A stretch of DNA of 36,998 bases, taken from positions 1-36,998 of the forward strand of contig NIVC01001473.1 in the NCBI GenBank assembly GCA_002269645.1. Reading direction: 5' to 3'. Shown in pieces: positions 33,301-36,998 of this stretch (the stretch's first letter is position 1; every line of letters starts with the position of its first letter). Below the pieces are notes generated by a model that made no database searches, had not been told where the DNA came from, and saw only the letters and a program-made list of their open reading frames with translations. The stretch is from Macrostomum lignano. Lineage: Eukaryota. The translations under genes and the position numbers were made by a program.

Positions 33301-35650
33301 TGCGGAATTCCTCCGTGACTCTGGAAGGTGTCACCTTCTACGGGATGTCGTCGGCAAAACCAACCGAGGATGAACTGTCAGCGGAACTGGAGTCAGTCGA
33401 CGTGCTGGTGTCGCACTGTCCACCGCGGGACCAGGAGCTTGCCCGCGAAGTCTTTCAGCGAATCCGGTAAGTACTTCTATGAAAGACTTCTATGTACCGT
33501 TTTGGTTTGACCAGTTATCTAATGCACGGAAATGCCCTAATTCTTTATTCCAGTCCAAAGGCCCTCCTGCAAGGGCATTCACCAGTCACAGATCTTCACA
33601 GCGAGACGCAATGGCAGGACGGCGTTCTGCTCTGCAACGACCACCAACTAGCTAACAGGGACAAAGAGGCCACGGCTGTTGGGAAAAGAGAATTCAACAA
33701 GCCGGTAGTTATCGATTTTTACACCTGTCGACCAATGAGCGGCATCAGCCAGGAGTACTCGGAGGTGATGCGGTCAGTTGGCTGCAAGCAGAATCGCTCG
33801 AAAAAGCAATCAAAGCACTCTGAATGCAACCTGTTGTAATTCAGAAATGCTCTTCCGAATGCAACTCGAAAGAGAAGAACAGGATTTCTCCTCTCTAATT
33901 GATTCATAACTCACGAGCTTTTACACAGTGCTATATGGTATATCATGCTTAAGTATACTTTCGACCGCTTATGACTTCATGTGCAGGCAGGCACCGCTTC
34001 GAAAAATCAGTCAGCCCATTAACCATCCACCATCAGCTACAAACTGCTGGCTTTTGTGCATTTTGTTGCGGTCAGCTTGTAATTGGCCGACAATCAAACA
34101 AAAAATTTCTTTGTGCCTTGTGCAAGTATCTGAGTTCGGATTTTTAAACAGTCTCGTCCATATGATCAACTATTAAAATAACTTCGGTCGTTTTAAATCC
34201 CATTGTTATCTGTAACATTTTTCGTAGAAATTTCCCTTTTGCCAATCGGAGCAGTGTGTATTCGTCACGTGACTTGTTTTTGTCTTATTCAAAACACTTC
34301 ATTTTAACAAAAAACGTTCGGTAAACGCACAAAACAAGACAAAACCGAACGATTTGCTTTGACATTGAGAACGAGACTGGCGCTTTCTCTTCTTCATCAT
34401 GTGCGTAATTTTTGCCTCGTTTCATCGACGTGCTTTGTTTTAAACAATTCGCCCTTCGTATTGAAATTATTTGTTAATTTGTTTGTTAGTTTCTAATCTT
34501 GCACCATAGTATTTTGCTCCTCAACCTACTGTTTTGAAGATAGTGTTTCGCAATTAGCACTGATTTATTAACTTATCAACCCCCAACAGTCCAGCAGGCG
34601 ATGCTTTGATTTGAATTGCTTCTGATTTCCAATCAAATTCCATTCATAAATAATAATTATTGATTTTTTTCGCCTCCGTTTGACGCGAGCAATTTAAGAA
34701 AAATATAATTTACAAAATCATTTACAAAAAACAGTTCAGTGATTCAGTGAATCGTATTTCAATATTTAGAGGATTTCACGACGACTCATTCAATGCTTAA
34801 CTGTCTAATTGAGTAATTATAGACCATTTTAATATGTTGACTTTTGCTGTCATAATTTCAGGCACTTGTAGTTTAAACCCTTAGCAATCAATATGTTCAA
34901 AGATGAATCTTCATAAAAGTACATAAAAGTACATGTGCCTTTGGGAATGGGAAATCAATCCATGAATTTTATCGGGGGAGGTCAACGGACCCCGGCCATG
35001 ACCCCTAGAAGATCCACCAACTGTCCGCAAGTTTATTTATAAATGAAGATGATTCAAAACTGTATATCCTATATACTAAATCCTATATACTAAAAATGGT
35101 CTGTCGGTATCTATCTGGGTAGGTACGAGTATGCGATCGATTTTAGCAAAAATAGCTCAACCGATTTACTTCAAAATTGCACTGTTCGATCAAAAATTTT
35201 CACTACAAATGATGTCCTGACGCCCCAAATTTCTCGGGAGGGTCACCTGACCTCCACCTTTAAATTTCCCGGGGAGGGTCCCCTGATCCCCAACTTTCTT
35301 TCTCGGGGAGGGTCACCTGACCCCTAACTTTCTCGGGAGGGTCCCCTTACCCCCAACTTTCTCGGGATTTTCAGGAGGGTCGCCTGACCCCTTCCGACCA
35401 CTCTGGACTCACTACTTATCCATTAAGAAGTTTATTTTCAGTAGAGGAAACGACTGTTGAATGGCTAGATAATCAAACAAAAAGAAGCAAGCTCAAAGAT
35501 GCGCACACACATCGGCGAGGCCGCTAATAACTTTTCCCAACGTTGTCAGACTCTTGTTGATGTTGGCGCCCTCTTTGAGACGTTTGCCCTGGCGCCAGTC
35601 GAGTCCGCTCTCTCGCTGCCGGCCAGGTCCACCAGGCTGATTTTGCTCAC
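14569..35650 (-). CDS. unc-104: Kinesin-3 (unc-104/KIF1A-B type) gene span, 5'-truncated; exons listed separately
   Basis: Spliced translation gives [65 protein letters not shown], an FHA domain, [33 protein letters not shown] and a C-terminal PH domain, all characteristic of KIF1A/UNC-104. All junctions are GT-AG with matching phases once the frameshifts are allowed for. Confidence 0.97.
14738..15525 (-). CDS. unc-104: Kinesin exon: [13 protein letters not shown], poly-Q linker and PH domain; 1-nt frameshift at about 14802
   Basis: Acceptor cttcag|C CGC GAG; donor AG|gtgagg. PH motifs [25 protein letters not shown], and after the shift [22 protein letters not shown]. Confidence 0.92.
15333..15389 (-). 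repeat. Pure (CAG)19 coding repeat giving Q19
   Basis: 57 nt of uninterrupted ctg on +, in frame within the kinesin exon. Confidence 0.97.
15605..15615 (-). CDS. unc-104: Candidate 11-nt kinesin micro-exon (GCA ATG GAA AA = AME + N)
   Basis: ttttcgtagtag|GCAATGGAAAA|gtaagg. Phase 0 in and phase 2 out, which fits the frameshift-corrected upstream exon and the phase-2 downstream exon. Confidence 0.55.
15667..16084 (-). CDS. unc-104: Kinesin exon: [10 protein letters not shown]...[28 protein letters not shown]...; probable frameshift at about 15787
   Basis: Conserved KIF1A stalk motif. Acceptor ccgcag|CG chosen for phase (less certain). Donor GAA|gtaagt. Confidence 0.85.
16157..16254 (-). CDS. 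unc-104: Kinesin exon: (R)[32 protein letters not shown]
   Basis: cgacag|A TCA ... AAA G|gtaggt. Resembles KIF1A RSIRNLFG...NRVTGVYEL. Confidence 0.92.
17787..18340 (-). CDS. unc-104: Kinesin exon: [20 protein letters not shown]...[16 protein letters not shown]...[12 protein letters not shown]
   Basis: ttttag|ACT ... AG|gtaagc. Matches the conserved KIF1A stalk region. Confidence 0.95.
18774..19482 (-). mobile_element. Non-autonomous Helitron-like element containing a ~19-20-nt minisatellite (atagcaagcatccccca, about 19045-19477)
   Basis: Minus strand a|TCTAGTATT... at 19482. 3' end ccgccccgaaggggggcactagattgGTAG|t at 18774. Same hairpin as at 6813 and 11430. Confidence 0.65.
19541..20459 (-). 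CDS. unc-104: Kinesin exon: (R)[36 protein letters not shown]...FRVTVLQA...[17 protein letters not shown]...PLH
   Basis: 919-nt open exon, actttcag|A ... CAT|gtaagg. KIF1-type motifs. Confidence 0.95.
20542..20688 (-). CDS. unc-104: Kinesin exon: (R)[10 protein letters not shown]...[15 protein letters not shown]
   Basis: gtttcag|A CAG ... CG|gtaagt. Diagnostic KIF1 motif. Confidence 0.96.
21021..21255 (+). mobile_element. tRNA-derived SINE with CORE-like domain
   Basis: A-box-like TAGTCTAGTGA (21029) and B-box GGTTCGATTT (21073). These are followed by tgtgtacttgagcaagacacttaac...cttcagttcacccagctgtaaaatgag, resembling the CORE consensus TGTGACCTTGGGCAAGTCACTTAAC...CTCAGTTTCCTCATCTGTAAAATGG. 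3' end approximate. Confidence 0.75.
21312..21478 (-). CDS. unc-104: Kinesin exon: [22 protein letters not shown]...[24 protein letters not shown](R)
   Basis: atctttcag|GTT ... AG|gtaggt. KIF1-conserved. Confidence 0.96.
22203..22559. mobile_element. MITE with 14-nt TIRs ACTAGATGGGCCAC (copy 1)
   Basis: TIRs at 22203-22216 and 22546-22559. The inverted match extends outward to 22186 and 22575 (cacagatactagaata). Confidence 0.8.
23370..23712. mobile_element. Same MITE family, inverted orientation (copy 2)
   Basis: TIRs actagataggccac / gtggcccatctagt. The body is the reverse complement of copy 1 (for example ggaattccaggctaaagctgccatgtacatttcagtgg). Confidence 0.8.
24074..24153 (-). CDS. unc-104: Kinesin exon: (A)[26 protein letters not shown]
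   Basis: ccttgcag|CG ... AGG|gtaaga. Resembles KIF1A [25 protein letters not shown]. Confidence 0.95.
24251..24374 (-). CDS. unc-104: Kinesin exon: [41 protein letters not shown]
   Basis: catacag|GAC ... G|gtttgt. Phases match both neighbours. Confidence 0.9.
24429..25045. repeat. ~45-nt intronic minisatellite (caagatagaccagactgccaggctttattggtggatgttgtgttcac)
   Basis: About 13 near-identical units filling the intron. Confidence 0.96.
25144..25298 (-). CDS. unc-104: Kinesin exon: (A)[51 protein letters not shown] (CC2)
   Basis: tacatag|CG ... AGG|gtaagc. Resembles KIF1A [22 protein letters not shown]. Confidence 0.95.
25392..25565 (-). CDS. unc-104: Kinesin exon: FHA C-terminal part [20 protein letters not shown]...[20 protein letters not shown]
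   Basis: gcgacag|GA ... G|gtaaat. FHA motif. Confidence 0.96.
25659..26050. repeat. 30-nt intronic minisatellite (cccacgattgacattacttctcggtgattt)
   Basis: About 12 tandem units. Related to the 28066-30048 array. Confidence 0.95.
26118..26209 (-). CDS. unc-104: Kinesin exon: FHA part [30 protein letters not shown]
   Basis: tttttgcag|A GTC ... G|gtgaga. Confidence 0.96.
26296..26451 (-). CDS. unc-104: Kinesin exon: (R)[11 protein letters not shown]...[31 protein letters not shown](K)
   Basis: aacttcag|G GAG ... AA|gtaaag. [16 protein letters not shown] is diagnostic for kinesin-3. Confidence 0.97.
26590..27344. repeat. 16-nt GC-rich intronic minisatellite (ccccttggtgctggcg), about 47 units
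   Basis: Almost perfectly homogeneous. One unit lacks a C at about 26817. Confidence 0.98.
27571..28060 (-). CDS. unc-104: Kinesin exon: end of motor, neck coil, low-complexity insert (poly-Gly) and CC1
   Basis: cctatag|GC GGC AAC TCA AAG ([35 protein letters not shown]) ... AG|gtttgt. Confidence 0.97.
28066..30048. repeat. 28-30-nt intronic satellite (ttacagatcgatattgttgcttggggact / ttccaggagtgatattg... variants)
   Basis: About 2 kb of tandem units starting 5 nt from the exon boundary. Confidence 0.97.
30647..30731 (-). CDS. unc-104: Kinesin exon: [28 protein letters not shown](G) (loop 12/K-loop)
   Basis: ctcttgcag|ATG ... CTG G|gtatgt. Confidence 0.97.
30899..31262. repeat. ~37-nt minisatellite (cccagatcctctgcttctgggccactgcagtcaccct)
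   Basis: About 9 degenerate units. Each carries a cccag...ctggg inverted pair. Confidence 0.9.
31734..32151. mobile_element. Possible degenerate TIR element (Kolobok-like ends)
   Basis: TTAA|AGGTGCGGTGAC at the left and GTGACGCACCT|TCAT at the right. Imperfect TIR and an imperfect TTAA-like TSD. Confidence 0.35.
32602..32611 (+). promoter_or_regulatory. Possible TATA box of the nested gene
   Basis: TATATATTAA about 50 nt upstream of ATG 32661. Position only, no expression data. Confidence 0.3.
32661..33466 (+). CDS. Nested MPPED1/2-like (calcineurin-like metallophosphoesterase) gene, exon 1
   Basis: [49 protein letters not shown] and [10 protein letters not shown] parallel MPPED2 RFVCISDTH, PYGDILLHTGDF, LGNLPYEYKIVI, LQDSEVTVKGFRIYG and IDILMTHGPP. 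Donor CG|gtaagt. Start codon could also be 32673. Confidence 0.85.
33554..33839 (+). CDS. Nested MPPED-like gene, exon 2: (R)PKALLQGH...NKPVVIDF...[17 protein letters not shown]
   Basis: ttctttattccag|T CCA, 87-nt intron. RPKALLQGH resembles RPKLHVFG.IH and NKPVVIDF resembles NPPIIFDL. Spliced product is 363 aa. Confidence 0.85.
35067..35400 (+). mobile_element. Helitron/HINE (DINE-1-like) non-autonomous element with internal ~35-nt subrepeats
   Basis: a|TCCTATATACTAAA 5' end (duplicated at 35081), then tagctcaaccgatttacttcaaaattg, and tandem ttctcgggagggtcacctgacccc units at 35220-35395. 3' end not defined. Confidence 0.5.
35511..35650 (-). CDS. unc-104: Kinesin exon (switch II): [20 protein letters not shown]-[frameshift][25 protein letters not shown]
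   Basis: gcaaatag|GTG ... GAT|gtgtgt. One base is missing at about 35590; adding it gives 47 codons and the right phase. Confidence 0.93.
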
Positions 35651-35800
35651 CTATTTGCGAATTTGAGAAGATTTATATATTTAGCGATACATATTTATGT
35701 ATTGCCTACTGCAAGTAGCTTCGTCATGCAGAATGTACATGCGTATGGCGCGCGCATGGAACAGCAATTCATGAATGCGTACATAAAGTAAAAAAATCCT

Positions 35801-35876
35801 TGTCTGTCTGTCTGTCTGTGTGTCTGTCTGTCTGTCTGTCTGTCTGTGTGTCTGTCTGTCTGTCTGTCTGTGTGGC

Positions 35877-35909
<33 letters not shown>

Positions 35910-35910
35910 T

Positions 35911-35944
<34 letters not shown>
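35801..35944. repeat. (CTGT)n microsatellite
   Basis: About 36 units with a few gtgt variants. Confidence 0.97.
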
Positions 35945-36598
35945 CCAGCTCATATACACGTGTCGATATATCTAGCAGTTTAGCATATTCAGCAGTGTAC
36001 GTGGAGCCATACTATCAGTCAAATGGTAGCCAGCCAAGAGAACCCTGAAGCCTGTGCTCTTTTTCTCTCCAAGCCTTGATTCGATAGGCCCCCATTGCAC
36101 AAACACACTCTCTCTCTTCACAGCTCCATCAATCATCGATCGCTCTCCCAGCTTCCTATGCCAAAACACCCGATGCGCGAGAATTGCTGACAGCAGCCTC
36201 CCATCCACCCTCCCAAGACCGATCAGCCCCCCCCCCCCTGAATCGAAGTCGTGATAAACTGTCTGACTAAATTCCCAGTCTCTCTGCTACGAGTATAAGC
36301 TCATACAGACTGTAAAGCCGGTCTTAGTAGACTGACAACTTCTGTTTGTGCTGAACAAAGCTAACAGCTTCTTTCGTCAGTTCATATTCTGTGGCTGTAG
36401 ACTTTCCCAGCATGCTTACAAGTGCCTAATTAACATTCCATTCATCGTGTAGCTTTATTGCACAAGCTTTGTTGGAGTTCAAATATTTATTATATTTTAA
36501 AAAATGCCCATTATTCGTTAGTTTAGGAGGGGTGTCGCCATGGGTTTTATGTTGGGGGGGAGAGAGGGGGTTGGGAGCAAATCCAAGGCTCTTATTTT

Positions 36599-36998
36599 GG
36601 CGCCGCAGGCACTCATTTTAGCGCCGCAGGCAGTCATTTTAGCGCCGCAGGCACTCATTTTAGCGCCGCATTAGGCACTCATTTTAGCGCCGCATTCAGG
36701 CACTCATTTTAGCGCCGCATTCAGGCACTCATTTTAGCGCCGCATTCAGGCACTCATTGTAGCGCCGCAGGCACTCATTTTAGCGCAGCATTCAGGCACT
36801 CATTTTAGCGCCGCAGGCACTCATTTTAGCGCAGCATTCAGGCACTCATTTTTGCGCCGCAGGCACTCATTTTAGCGCAGCATTCAGGCACTCATTTTAG
36901 CGCCGCAGGCACTCATTTTAGCGCAGCATTCAGGCACTCATTTAGCGCCGCAGGCACTCATTTTAGCGCAGCATTCAGGCACTCATTTTAGCGCCGCA
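36599..36998. repeat. 21-26-nt minisatellite (ggcactcattttagcgccgca +/- ttca), runs off the window
   Basis: Tandem units to the end of the window. Confidence 0.96.

Noticed and set aside
35681-36048. DRQT / SVCL ORFs
   Set aside because: (CTGT)n translation.
35651-36998. Upstream kinesin exon (SSRSHAVF, switch I)
   Set aside because: Not found in the window; it presumably lies beyond 36998.

Overview
Eukaryotic (animal) genomic DNA, not prokaryotic. GC-rich exons, GT-AG introns and introns filled with minisatellites resemble the flatworm Macrostomum lignano (inference only). The main gene is a kinesin-3 (unc-104/KIF1A-type) on the minus strand. It enters from beyond the right edge and ends at TAG 14569-14571. 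I could trace 17 exons plus one candidate 11-nt micro-exon, with consistent splice phases: end of motor, neck coil, FHA, stalk and PH domain. The gene shows three 1-nt frameshifts at short homopolymers (probably assembly error), and one conserved ~23-aa block could not be found. Nested antisense in one kinesin intron is a 2-exon MPPED1/2-type metallophosphoesterase-like gene (32661-33839). It has lost several metal ligands and ends in a polybasic stretch plus a CaaX box; this is the most interesting item. The rest is satellites, minisatellites, microsatellites, MITEs, Helitron-like elements, SINE remnants and a decayed integrase. Most long ORFs in the supplied track are repeat artefacts.
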